The position numbers and the translations under genes are program-made. Shown here piece by piece: positions 51,458-64,000 of a DNA stretch of 64,000 nt (positions are counted from its first letter, which is position 1; each line of letters starts with the position of its first letter). The DNA is from Octopus vulgaris (Eukaryota): assembly GCA_951406725.2 (NCBI GenBank), contig OX597838.1, positions 16,182,001 through 16,246,000 of the forward strand. Direction: 5' to 3'. The notes beneath the pieces were generated by a model. The model searched no databases. It was not told where the DNA came from and worked only from the letters and a program-made list of their open reading frames with translations.

Positions 51458-52976
51458 TTCTAATTCCTCCTATTGGGGATTTTAGTTGTTAGAATTTTCA
51501 TTGTTATTTTATTGTTTACTTGATTTTTGTGCTAAAGCCCACGTGTCCCTAGTTTTATATTGTCCCTATTTGTTTTTGTGTTGGGCCCTTGTTGCCAATA
51601 AAGAAACAATTATTATTTTTATTATTATTATCTTCTTTCTTCAAATTTTCTTCCGTTTCTCGCTGAGTGTTTTCCGTACACCTGTAGCAGAGAAGCTCAT
51701 TGTATGCATTCCCAGATTACACATGCAAATTCACAGGTAAAATATGTATTTAAAAAAAATCAATCAATAAATAAATTCATGAATGAATGTTGTTCTCACA
51801 GCGATAATGCTCTTCTCAGTACATAAGCCGTTCCAGTTAACACAATTTTTTGCACTTCCTGTAGGGATGGTAAATTTCTGATGATCCTTGCAATGCCAAG
51901 GGGCACACTAATCTGATTTCCTTTATATTCCTCTTGATACCTTATTATTATTATTATTAGCAGTAGTAGTAGTATTATCATTATCAATGTCATCATTATT
52001 ATTTATATCAGTATTATCAAAATTATTATTATTACTACAACTATTATTATTATCATTATTATTATTATTATTATAAAGCTATTACATGCTAATCAAGTTA
52101 GCAGAGATGTCTTAGGAGTCTTGCAGAATACAAGACGGTACTGTTTTAGCAGCACCTATCTCAGTTCTAATACCAATCTTAATTGCCTCACCCTTTCACC
52201 TCTTAGGTTGCAGTTTAAACAATGTACCAAACACACTGTCGGATCACTGAAGATGGAAAGTCTTCAGATTTGGCCATGCTACATTCTTGGCAACAATATC
52301 TATTAATCCCTCTGGTTGGAAATTAGGTTTTATAGAATAAATAGAATTTCTGTTTAATTCTATTCTTTTTTTTTTTTTTTCTGCTTTAATACATAAAAGA
52401 CATTGTGAACAAAAGATGCCATCCATGTCCATCGAACAATTCCAATTTTTTTTTTCTTTTCTTTCAACTCATCATTTCTTTCATTAACAAAGAACTATGT
52501 AAAAACATCTTCAGCAGAATATTAAGTAAAATTTTAAGAATTGGAAAAAACATTTCTATGATTCTAAACAACAAGAACATTAGAACATTTTAGAATTCAA
52601 ACTAATTAAAATAAAACAAGTTCTTTTTGTCTCGTCCTAAAATATTTTTAAAACTTTAAATAAAATATTCTATTTATCTTCTGGTCCTGAATAATTCTCA
52701 AACCATTCTTTAGACTGATAAGAAAAGCAACAGATGTGCACTATAAATGTTTCGTTATTAACATGAAGGGCCTTTGTTTTAGAGGAACTGGGAGGATTCT
52801 GTTGGAGTATTTACTGTGCATGTGTTGCACTAAGGCTTGGTTACCTATATCGGAAAACTGCACTACATCAGAGGACAAAGGCACATACACACAAACATTT
52901 AGGAGCAATTTCATAGCTAGCCACGAACATAAAGGAGGACAATATCACATACACAGACCCCTTTTAAAATCCTTAC

Positions 52977-52997
52977 CTTTATCGCTTCAGAAGCACT
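52977..52997 (-). CDS. unc-104: Kinesin-3 21-nt microexon in loop 12 (SASEAIK), probably alternatively spliced
   Basis: Long U tract then ttttgtgcag|AGTGCTTCTGAAGCGATAAAG|gtaagg; phase 0-0, frame preserving; same position as the short insert before the K-loop of vertebrate KIF1A/B. Confidence 0.75.
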
Positions 52998-53825
52998 CTG
53001 CACAAAAGGTAAAAATAAAAAAAAAAAATGAATAATGAATGAAAAATATGTGTCTACATTTTTAGTTCCAGTTTCTTCCCAACTTAAAATTAAGGAAAAA
53101 ATTTTTTAATAATGCTTATTAGTCAGATTAAGACAGAGACTCCACTGATAACAATGTTGTTTCATATTGAAAAAAATATTGGTAATGTAGTTGAAGAGAA
53201 TATCTCGCTCAAATAGAAAGACCAAAAATTTGCTTACAAACTTCAAAGGAATTTACTTTGCTAAATTTTTTGTATGCATGAGGCAATGTGTGTGTGTGTG
53301 TGTGTGTGTGTGAAATTGCTGAAGCAAAACAACTTTCGAATGTAAAAAAAATGGTGGGTATAGAAATCTCAAAAAAAAAAAAAGAGTAATTTGAAAATGA
53401 AGTAAAACCCCTCATTTAAGACTTTTCTGGCCAATGTAACAACAGGGAAATATTCAAACAGCCATGGTCTTTAATTATAAATATAGCAATCATTTATCTG
53501 CATCTTTCAAGTATGATATGGCAGTAACCTTCAGTTATTATATTACAACAGTAACTCAGCTATCAGAGCCCACCAGATATCAAAGAGTTATCACTCCTTC
53601 AGAAACTAAACTTCAGATCTATAGATCAACAACTGACATTTGATAAATTCAGCAAGACAAGATATCAGTAAGGCATCATACTACACCAGCTATAGACAAC
53701 AGATCATAAGTGCATATTGTTAAGATGCCTTAACAGTTAATACTATGTTGCAGTTATGACTGTGTATCAGTCAATTTTTATATTTTATGACATACAAGTC
53801 ATTTTGATGATATTCAGCTGCTCTT

Positions 53826-53861
<36 letters not shown>

Positions 53862-53862
<1 letters not shown>

Positions 53863-54063
53863 GTCACTAACTGTGACTGACTGATGGTGCACAGTAGTAC
53901 CTACATTGCTAGAAATAAGAGCTAAAAGCCCTTAGACCCACAGGAAGCACATGTCTATGCACTGAGAGGGGAGATAACCACCCCACTGCAAGTGAAAAGG
54001 CTTTTAGCTCTTATTTCTAGTACTGTGGGTGCTACCTTGCACCACCAGTCACAATTAGTGACA
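53862..54063. repeat. Inverted repeat (~65-bp arms)
   Basis: tgtcactaactgtgactg...ctagaaataagagctaaaagcc pairs with ggcttttagctcttatttctag...cagtcacaattagtgaca. Confidence 0.85.
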
Positions 54064-54720
54064 CCTGAATTTTCCTTTTTGGTCTTGTATTGCATATAGC
54101 CACCTTCATTTTATATATATATATATATATCGCTTTTTATATCTGGTTTGCAAGATTCTTGGTGTGAATTCATGAGTTGAAACAAACTTTGTGCCTTGGG
54201 AGAGTCATTACACAATTAACAATGACACACACACTGGTTCAATATCACTTCTTTATTGTTAGTCAATTGGTTAAATATCTAACCAACTAACTAATTGATA
54301 GTTTCTTTAATGTGCTGGTTAAACAATCAATCATTTGTTTGTTAGTCTAAGTTCTTTCACTGCTGTTTTCAACCTTTTCAGTGACTTCCCTTCTCCAAAA
54401 TACTAATCACCAGAAATATGAAGCTAGTTTCTGAATCAGACTGCCAAAATGAAACCAGTTACACTTCAGTGATATTATAGCCTAACAATGATATATTGGG
54501 TAAGTAGTCTTATTCATATGTAACTATCTTTTAGGTCTATTTCTAAAAATATTTATATTCTTATCAATGTGAGTCCCACAAACTACAGATAGGCTCTGAG
54601 AAATGTAAGTCCCACGAAAAGGTGACAAATCCAATAACAGAATCTATGGCACAAGTTCTAAATGAATTTTAAGTATTTCCTTAGCTTAATCTTCAGACCT
54701 ACAAATTATCTTGTTTAGAC

Positions 54721-54949
54721 CAGTGCTCTGCAACCAATATGCCGCGAGACAATTCTATGTGTGCGGCAGTGTAACCTGAGTATAATTTTTTTTCCCTATG
54801 CATTTTTCCCCCTATAATTTTTCCCTATACTTTTTTCCACCTATAACTTTTTTCCTCTATACCTTTAGTCATATTTTTAGTTCAGGTGTGCCACCAAATT
54901 TTGGAAAGAATATAAGTGTGCCGTAAGTGAAATAGGTTGCAAAAAATTG
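54721..54949. mobile_element. hAT-type MITE
   Basis: Degenerate TIRs cagtgctctgcaacc / ggttgcaaaaaattg; 8-bp TSD gtttagac on both sides. Confidence 0.8.
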
Positions 54950-55337
54950 GTTTAGACAATAGTTTGGCAATTTCATAGAGATGTTAATGAGAGACTCTTA
55001 AGTAATTCAAACTATCCAAGATGCATAACCGAGATGTTTTGTTGATGCAATGTACAGACTCATGATTCATGAACAGGACTTTACACTGTATATATGTATA
55101 TTTATTTGGTTACTAGCTGTGAATTGTTTTACTCATTTGCAAATCATCAACATGTATACATTTTATTCATCTGTTACATGAAACAAAAACAAAATTGGAT
55201 GAGGGTGTTTAACAAACACACATGTATATTAATTATAATGAAAGATTCACCAGAGATGTTACAATCATTGTCGATATATTTTATGATAACCCATCCACCA
55301 AAAAATGAAAATAAAAGTTGCAATTCATTAAACTTAC

Positions 55338-55481
55338 CACATCTGCCAGAGCAGAAATTACTTTTCCAAGGGTCGTCAAAGATTTGTTAATGTTGGCGCC
55401 TTCTTTCAGGCGGGTTCCTTTGGCACCGGTTGAATCAGCTCGTTCACTGCCGGCCAAGTCTACAAGACTGATTTTGCTCAC
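55338..55481 (-). CDS. unc-104: Kinesin-3 (unc-104/KIF1A-like) exon: motor domain switch II and helix alpha4
   Basis: tgtag|...|gtaagt, 144 nt, phase 0-0; [48 protein letters not shown] contains the DLAGSE motif and closely matches KIF1A/B. Confidence 0.97.
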
Positions 55482-56666
55482 CTACAGGAAGAAAATTTAA
55501 ATATTTGTAAATTTAAGTAATAAAAAAAACAAAAAACAAAACAATTAAAAGCACGAGAAAAATGTAGCATTAACTACATCACACGTCACAATCCCGCAAA
55601 CTGGAAAGTATAACAATCAGCTTAACAACCAGTCTAATTGTGTGATAGAAAGAATCTGATTCTAGAAAAGACTGATGCAATTTTATGTTGGAGTTTCCAT
55701 GAGTTTAGTAAAAGATGAAGGAAAGAGATGAAAAGCAATGTAGTAACTTACAATAATGAAGGACTGGATGAACTTGATGCCTGATTCCTTCGAAAAGAGG
55801 AGTAAACTCACAAGGATATTTAAAGTACCTTGTTATATATTTTTTTTTTTTTTTGTACTTGTTTCAGTCATTTGACTGCGGCCATGCTGGAGCACCGCCT
55901 TTAGAGTGGTGAAAGAGTACAGCAGGGATCACCACCATCCCCTGCCGGAGCCTCGTGGAGCTTTTAGGTGTTTTCGCTCAATAAACACACACAACGCCCG
56001 GTCTGGGAATCGAAACCGCGATCCTCCGACCGCAAGTCCGCTGCCCTAACCACTAGGCCATTGCGCCTCCATCTGCACTGAAATGTCTACATCTGCACTG
56101 AAATACTTTACAATTGAGACAAGTTGTCCATGCCACAACTCTCCATTATTAGTATTAAGGCAGTAAGATAACAGAATAATTAATATGCCAGACAAAATGC
56201 TTAGCGGCATTTCAGTTCTCTTTGTTCTGAGTTCAAATTCCACCAAAGTTGACTTTGCTTTTCATCTGTTTGGGGCTCAGTAAATTAACTACCAGTTGAG
56301 TACTTGGGGGGGGGGGATCAATGTAATCGACTTACTCCCTCCCCTGAAATTGCTGGCCTTGTGCCAAAATTTGAAACTATTGATAAGTTTGGCAGACTCG
56401 GTAGCATGCTAGACAAAATGCTTGGGAAAATTTCCTCCATTTTTGATTTGAGTTCAAATTCCACCAAGGTAGACTTAGCCTTTCATCTGGAGCTCACTTA
56501 ATTAACTACCGGTTGAGTACTGGGGTCAACATAATTGACTTACTCCCTCCCCCAAATTCCAGGCTTTGTGCTTGTAGTAGAAAAGATTATTGTTGCTGTT
56601 GTTGCTGTATGGTTGGGATGCAAGCTTCTTACCGCACAGCCATGCCTGCACCTAGATGTATATGTA

Positions 56667-56710
<44 letters not shown>

Positions 56711-57252
56711 TATACATACACATACAATGGACCACACAGCTTCTGTTTATCAAATTTATTAACAAGGTATTGGTCAGCCTGGGGCAATAGTAGAAGTCAC
56801 TTGCCCAAGATGTTGTGCAGTGGGACTGAACCCTAAACCACACAGCCATTCTTTGTCTTTCTTCCATGCTCATCATAGGGATTGGCAAAGTGTTTAATAT
56901 TGATCCCTGGAGAACTATGTGGCTATCCAGTGGGATAGATATCGCAATTAAAAGGAATGACCAGGGAATTGCACCTAGAAAGTTACCCTCCAAAGTACAA
57001 GACTGGGCAAGATTGTTTATGGAAGACTAGCAATCACCCATGCAAACCAGCATGTTATCCAAGGGAAAGGCAAAGATCAATACAGCTTGGTACCAGTGAC
57101 ATTGCAACTCATTTCTACAGATGAGTGAAATGGAGCAACAGGAAATAAAGTGTCTTGCTCAAGAACACAACACACAGCCCAGTCCAGGAATTGAACTCAC
57201 AACCTCACAATTGTAAGCTCAACACTCTAACCACTGAGCCATGCACCTTTGC

Positions 57253-57286
<34 letters not shown>

Positions 57287-57829
57287 ATATAACATGACTG
57301 AATTTTTATTGTTCACCAATTTATTAAATCTTATTAAAGCAATAATGACATGAAAGAACAAAGAAATTATTGTTTTAAAACCAATAAATTCTTTTATTAA
57401 TTACAATTTTAAATTTTATTTGAGGAATTTACGCGACTGGAATTGATGATCCCATGAAAGGATCAATGACCCTTTCGTGACCTTTTACTCAAACATAACC
57501 AAATTCCACTAAGAAATTCCAGAAGATCTAACTCCAGTAAACTCCCTCTCATCTGGTACTCAAAGAACTGGAACTCTCAAGGAATTGGCACCCAAGAGAA
57601 AATCAAAGGAAATGTATTGTTAATTTGAGTGAAGAGAATTTATGCTAATTTGTGTTAATTAATTTCAATTTTGGTACAAGGCCAGCAATTTTGAGGGCAG
57701 GTGTAAGTTGATTATATTGACTCCAGTCCTCAACTGGTACTTATTTTATCAACCCTGAAAGGATGAAAGGCAAAGTGGCTCTTGGTGGCATTTTATTAGT
57801 GTTGGAGCTACTTTATTCATGTGGAGCAA

Positions 57830-58430
57830 TTCCAGTATGGAGCATAGAACACTATCAAACGTCTTCTGGTAATCAATCTAACTCATGCTGAGGTTTGCTT
57901 TCCTCTTTTTACAGTCTTTTAAAATGGCTCAATTTCTCAGAAGCTGCTCTTTACAACCATACATCCCTTTCCAGCATCCTTTTTGGTAATCTGGTACATT
58001 GTTTTCATGGTGTTACAGGCCAGTTGTAAATAACTGATGTGAGGGTTTTATAAGTTGTTGATAGGCATGTTATTGGCCCATGATTTCGTGGGTGTATGGT
58101 GTGTTTGTTTTTGGGCATCAGAATGGTTTGTCCTTCCAGCATCCAGTTTGGTGTTGAATATGAGTATGGGTACTGGTGAGGTGTTTCAACCAAAAGTTGG
58201 GGACCCTGTCTAACGCTGGGGATTTCCAATTACTGGTACTCCTCAGTGTGTCTGCAATCTCTAGATTTACAATGGTTGGCCATATCTGTGGTGCTATTTT
58301 GCTCTTCCTTTCCTTTTCCCTATTCATCCATTGAGCATTTTTGTTGTCGTGTTCTTGTTTGCTCCATATTCCTTCCCATACTGTTGGCATGTCACCTATT
58401 GATATGATTTTTTTAAAAAAATCAATAATA
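57830..58430 (-). mobile_element. Frameshifted RT fragment of an RLE-type (R4/Dong-like) non-LTR element; a related 3' end lies at 51790-51940
   Basis: WEGIWS...NWKSPALDRVPNFWLKHL and GQTILMPK...PITCLSTTYKTLTS; the 51796 ORF ends EVQKIVLTGTAYVLRRALS. Confidence 0.75.
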
Positions 58431-59399
58431 AATCTCTGAACGAGGTATATCATTATTATTAAGGTAGCAAACTGGCAGAATCGTTAGCACACTGAGTGAA
58501 ATGCTTAGTGGCATTTCATCCGTCTTTATGTTCTGAGTCCAAATTCCGCTAAGGTCGACTTTGCCCTTCATCCTTTCAGGGTCAATAAAATAAGTACTAG
58601 TCCCCACAAATTTCAGGCGTTGTGCTTATAGTTGAAAGTATTATTATTATCATTATTATTATTATTATTAGTAGTAGTAGTAGTAGTAGTAGCAGCAGTA
58701 GTAGCAGTAGTTGTTGTAGTAGTAGTACAACAAGCTGGCAGAATCATTAGCATGATGGATAAAACGCTTAGCAGCATTTCTTGAAGCTTTATGTTCTGAG
58801 TTCAAATTCTGCTGAGGTCGATTTTGTCTTTCATCCTTTCGGGGTTAATAAAATAAGTACCAGTTGCGCACTAGGGTCAATGTAACTGACTATCACCTGC
58901 CCACCGAAATTTCAGGCCCTTGTGCCTATAGTAAGTACAAATAGTCAAAATCTGCCAAGGTCGACGTTGTCTTTCATCCTTTCTGGGGGGGGAGGGTCAA
59001 CGTCCTCGAACACAACATCACACCAGATGGAGCTTTCATTGTTATCACCATCACCACCATCACCATCACCACGGATGCAGACAATATCTTCCTGCCGTTA
59101 TCCACTACCGCATGCATGCATCCCGTTACCACCTGAAACTAGAGCAATAGCAACTACCACCAACATCACCACCACTAATACTAACACTCCTCTACCATCA
59201 CTACCACCACCACCACCACCACCACCATCACCATGAAGAGAGCAGGTGTAAAAAAGCCTGCCCTCTTGCACAGCAGTATGAGTCAGCTGACTTAGCTGGT
59301 AGGTTGGCTGCTGTATATAGATGTAAAACCATGAGTCATAATCACATTGAACACAAGATCAATCAGTCAATTCTAATAGAATTTTTATAGACGGTGGTT

Positions 59400-60436
59400 A
59401 TGGTGGTTGTGGTTTAGGACGACGACGGTAGCGAAGACGACGACGATGACGACGATGATGATGATGATGGTGTTGATGGGTCTGGATTGGGCTGCTGCAG
59501 TAGCTATGATGGTGGTGTGGGTTTCAATGACGATGGCTGTGGTGGTGGAGGTGGTGGTGGTGGTGGTGGTGGTGGTGTTTGGTGGTGCAGCTGCTGCTGA
59601 TGGTTGTAGTATGGCAATGGTGGTGGTGAGTGTCGTAGTGGTTTTGGTGGTGGTGGTGGTGGTGGTGGGGTTGGGGTGGATTGTGGTAGGAGAGTGTGAT
59701 GGTGGTAGTGGTAATGGTTTTGGTGGTGGTGGTGGTGGTGGTAGTGGTAATGGTTGTGGTGGTGGTAGAGGTGGGCAGTGTTCGTAGTGGTAACGGCAGT
59801 GGTTGAATGGTGTTGATGGTTGTCACTGTGGTTTCCGTATTGGTTATAATGGTGGTGGTATGGGGTTGGGGTGGGGTAGGAGAGTGTGATGGTGGTAGTG
59901 GTAATGGTTTTGGTGGTGGTAGAGGTGGTGGTGGTGGTGGTAGAGGTGGGCAGTGTTTGTAGTGGTAACAGCGGTGGCTGAATGGTGTTGATGGTTGTCA
60001 CTGTGGTTTCCGTATCGGTTATAGTGGTGGTGGTGGAGTTGGGGTGGGTTGTGGTAGGAGAGTGTGATGGTGGTAGTGGTAATGGTTTTGATGGTGGTGG
60101 TGGTGGTGGTGGTGGTCACAGTGGTTTTGATGATTGTGGTGATGATGGTACAGTTGTTACTAGTGGTGGTGGTAATGGTACTGCTGCTGCTACTGCTTGT
60201 TGCTGTACTAATGGTAACAGCAGACATGGTAGCTGTAGTAGTGGCTGGCTGGCTGGTTGGTTGGTAGTGATGGTGGTTGTGATGATGATGTGGTAGAATG
60301 AGGGAGGTGGTGAAGATAATGATAATGATGACAGTGATTGTGGAGAGACCTGTGTTGGTAGTAGTGGCAGCAGTGGTGGTAATAGTGGTGGTGATGGTGG
60401 TGGTGGTGGTGATGGTGGTGGTGGTGGTGATGGTGG
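59400..60436. repeat. (GGT)n-rich low-complexity block with a ~180-bp higher-order tandem unit
   Basis: ggagagtgtgatggtggtagtggtaatggtttt recurs near 59689, 59879 and 60057; the ORFs here are poly-V/T/H/P. Confidence 0.9.
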
Positions 60437-62180
60437 CAAGTGAATTTTTCTGAAATGCAGTTGAACGACAGAAGAAGCAGTTTCATTTCCCCACTACCCC
60501 CTTCATCTCCCACTCCAACAGATATAAAAAAAATTAAGTACCCTAGTACCAGAGATACACTGGTGTCCAAAGGGGCCCCTTTTATTGTCAGTACACTCCC
60601 TTCTCTCGTAGCAACATCAGTGGCTATTATTATGGTCATAGTGCTTGCAATGAGTCTTCTTGTGATTCTTCTGATGACAACAGTCACTTGTGTAGTGGTA
60701 GTGATGGTTTGGGAGAGCACACAGTGGTTGTTATTATTACACTAGTGCTGATGAAATATCAATGCTTGGTCTTACTTTCCGGTGTGAATGAACTTGCAGC
60801 TTGTACTCGGCTTTCTTAAATTGTTTTTCAGTACCTGTGTAGTTGCAAGCAGACAGACATATGTCATGGCACCCCTACCATTAACCCTTTCGTTACCGTA
60901 TTTATTTTGAGATCCTCTGTGTTTCATTCAATTAATTTTAAATATAACAAAGACTTTAGTAAAAGAACTTAGTTATCATTAAGCTAGTGTTGGGAACATA
61001 AATTGTGACAAAGGTTTGGTGGAAGATTTTAATTCAATACTTATGAAAACAAGACATTTGTACTACAGAGTCAGAGCTGGTTTCAGCCAGGTTGGTATCA
61101 AAAGGGTTAAATATAACAGGGAATTTAGTAAAATAACTTAGTTGACATTAAGCTAGTGGTAGGAACATAAATTGTGACTAAGGTTTGGTGGAAGATTTTA
61201 ATTCAGAACTTTTGAAAATAAGACATTTGTACTACAGAGCCAGAGGCAGTTTTGGCTGTGTTGGTATCAAAAGGTTAATACAGTGGAGCTTCAATGGTGT
61301 GACAGCTGGAGTGAGAGAGGGATGTACCAGTAATTGGCTGGTACTTATTTTTAGTTGAGTTCAGCGAAGCAATGTGAGATGATGTGCCTTGCTCAAAGAA
61401 ACGGCACAATTACCCAGCTCAAGAACTGAACTCATAATCTCATGATTATGAACCCAACACCCCTAACCACTGAGATAACAATGAACATGATGATATCCAA
61501 TATGATGATATCCAATATCACAGATGAGTGTGGTACTGATATTACTCTTTTACTTGTTTCAGTCATGTGACTGTGGCCATGCTGGAGCACCGCCTTTAGT
61601 CAAACAAATCGATCCCAGGACTTACTCTTTGTAAGCCTAGTACTTATTCTATTGGTCTCTTTTTGCCGAACCGCTAAGTGACGGGGACGTAAACACACCA
61701 GAATTGGTTGTCAAGTGATGTTGGGGAGGCAACCACAGAAACACAAACATATACACACACATATATATAAATATATATACGACGGGCTTCTTTCAGTTTC
61801 TATCTACCAAATCCCCTCACAAGGCTTTGGTCGGCTATAGTAGAAGACACTTGCCCAAGGAACCACGCAGTGGGAGTGAACCTGCAACCATGTGGTTGGT
61901 AAGCAAGCTACTTACCACACAGCCACTACTATGCCTATATCATATTCTTTATTAACTATGCTTTAGTATTTTCAGTTATTGCACCATGGCTATGCTGGAG
62001 CAACACATTCCAGGCAAACGAATTGAACCTTTAGTACTTTTAAAAAATATATTTTAGTGATAGAGGCAATATTAATACCAAGAGGTAATATCTATCCCCA
62101 CTAAAATGTGGATGTTCTGTTATAACAAACTATGTTGTGGTAGATACCATGAGAGAAACTTTCATATTGGCGTTTGGTGT

Positions 62181-62562
62181 GGAGGCGCAATGGCCCAGTG
62201 GTTAGGTCAGCGGACTCGCAGTCAGAGGATCGCGGTTTCGATTCCCAGACCAGGCGTTGTGAGTGTTTATTGAGCGAAAACACCTAAAGCACTACGAGGT
62301 TCCGGCAGGGGATGGTGGTGATCCCTGCTGTACTCTTTCACCACAACTTTCTCTCACTCTTACTTCCTGTTTCTGTTGTACCTGTATTTCAAAGGGCCGG
62401 CCTTGTCACTCTCTGCGTCACGCTGAATATCCCCGAGAACTACGTTAAGGGTACACGTGTCTGTGGAGTGCTCAGCCACTTGCACGTTAATTTCACGAGC
62501 AGGCTGTTCCGTTGATTCGGATCAACCGGAACCCTCGTCGTCGTAACCGACGGAGTGCTTCC
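62181..62562 (+). mobile_element. tRNA-derived SINE family D; truncated minus copy at 55905-56070; related heads at 16731 and 48038
   Basis: tRNA-like head ggaggcgcaatggcccagtggttagg...ggtttcgattccc followed by a non-tRNA body that recurs elsewhere in the window. Confidence 0.8.
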
Positions 62563-63326
62563 CATTGGCATTTGGTACCAAATGCAGTCTTGTTTATAGC
62601 ACTTGCAAAGAGACACGCCCATGCTATCTCCAGTGCTGAGACCACCAGATCATGTGATTTTGACCTTTCTTGGTCTTGTCAATGATGGACGCTCAACCAC
62701 TACAGGTAAGTAACAGTGACTCATCTTCCTACCAATGGTATGTAGAAAAACAGTTCTAGAACAGGCGCTGTTTAAAAATATATTAGTGACAGAAGCTGTA
62801 TTAATTAACCAGAGGTAGTATTTATCCTGACTAAGGCAACGAACTGGCAGAAACGTGCACACGCACACAACTTTAACAGGTTTCTACACATAATTACTGT
62901 CAAGTGAATTCCATACAAAAGGTATTGGTTAATCTGTTAATCTGGTGTTCCAAAAGGAATCTTGCCTAGAACCAGTACCGAACCTAGAGCCAGATGGTTA
63001 CTAAGAAAACTTCGTAACTACACAGCTATGCCTGCACCCATAAAATTGATGATGATGATGATAGCAAGAATGGAGAAACAGGATGTCTCCGAGATTAAAT
63101 ATGGTGATGACGATGACAACGACAAGCATGAAGAAAACAACAATAAGGACCAGGATATCTCAGAGATAATCAAGCAGTCTGACTGGTTACTCCATATTTA
63201 CTTTCCTCACTCCATCTTTTCCATTTTCATTAGGTGTAATCAATACTAAAATTATGACGTTTCAAACGGAAACAGATCGAAACACACCCTTTCTTACTTT
63301 CTCTCTCTCTCTCTCTCTCTATACAT

Positions 63327-63385
<59 letters not shown>

Positions 63386-63617
63386 TGTATGTATATGTAT
63401 ACTCTTTACTCTTTTACGTGTTTCAGTCATTTGGCTGTGGCCATGCTGGAGCACCGCCTTTTAGTCGAGCAAATCGACCCCAGGACTTATTCTTTGTAAG
63501 CCTAGTACTTATTCTATCGGTCTCTTTTGCCGAACCGCTAAGTTACGGGGACATAAACACACCACCATCGGTTGTCAAGCGATGTTGGGAGGGACAATCA
63601 CAGACACACAAACATAT

Positions 63618-63648
<31 letters not shown>

Positions 63649-64000
63649 CACATATATACAACGGGCTTCTTTCAGTTATCATCTACCAAATCCACTCACA
63701 AGGCTTTGGTCGGCCCAGGGCTATAAGTAGAAGACACTTGCCCAAGGTGCTACGCAGTGGGACTAAACCCGGAACCATGTGGTTCATAAGTAAGCTACTT
63801 ACCACACAGCCACTCCTACGCCTATATATATATACACATACAAACACACCCTTAAGGACATACATTAATGTATGGAAACAACTGTCCTGTTGCCAGGTAT
63901 TACTTCGCTAATAAAACTAGTGTGTGTATGTAATATGCATGTAAAATAAACAACTCAGTACATGGAATAGGAGTTCATTTATGTGACCAGCACTGATGAT

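Noticed and set aside
59407-60745. Overlapping long ORFs rich in Val, Thr, His, Pro and Gly, including a hydrophobic TM-like one
   Set aside because: Produced by (GGT)n low-complexity sequence that lacks stops on both strands; no recognisable domain or splice structure
62181-62255. tRNA gene
   Set aside because: The tRNA-like head runs into a SINE body repeated elsewhere in the window, and no complete acceptor stem is evident

Overview
Eukaryotic, AT-rich, microsatellite- and retroposon-dense genomic DNA whose SINE and simple-repeat content looks like an Octopus (coleoid cephalopod) genome; the species assignment is an inference. The window lies inside one minus-strand gene, a kinesin-3 motor (unc-104/KIF1A/KIF1B family). 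I joined 17 GT-AG exons by hand between 55481 and 27477 into one phase-consistent reading frame of 1673 nt. It covers the switch II region, K-loop, neck coil, CC1, FHA, CC2 and the start of the KIF1 stalk. The flanking exons were not found, so introns of >27 kb (1-27476) and >8.5 kb (55482-64000) run off the window ends. The introns hold several SINE families, RTE/CR1/R4-type LINE fragments, hAT, piggyBac and mariner MITEs, a tandem Helitron, long palindromes and tandem repeats. Almost all ORFs in the supplied track are artefacts of these repeats. The most interesting observations are: (i) a 21-nt microexon in the K-loop, with a look-alike poison microexon 114 nt away; (ii) several type I hammerhead-ribozyme motifs inside palindromic elements, one nearly intact on the pre-mRNA strand; (iii) a triplicated ~290-bp segment with two-hairpin folding potential; (iv) local copies of exon fragments that form cryptic exons; (v) candidate internal ATG exons that could give a motorless isoform.
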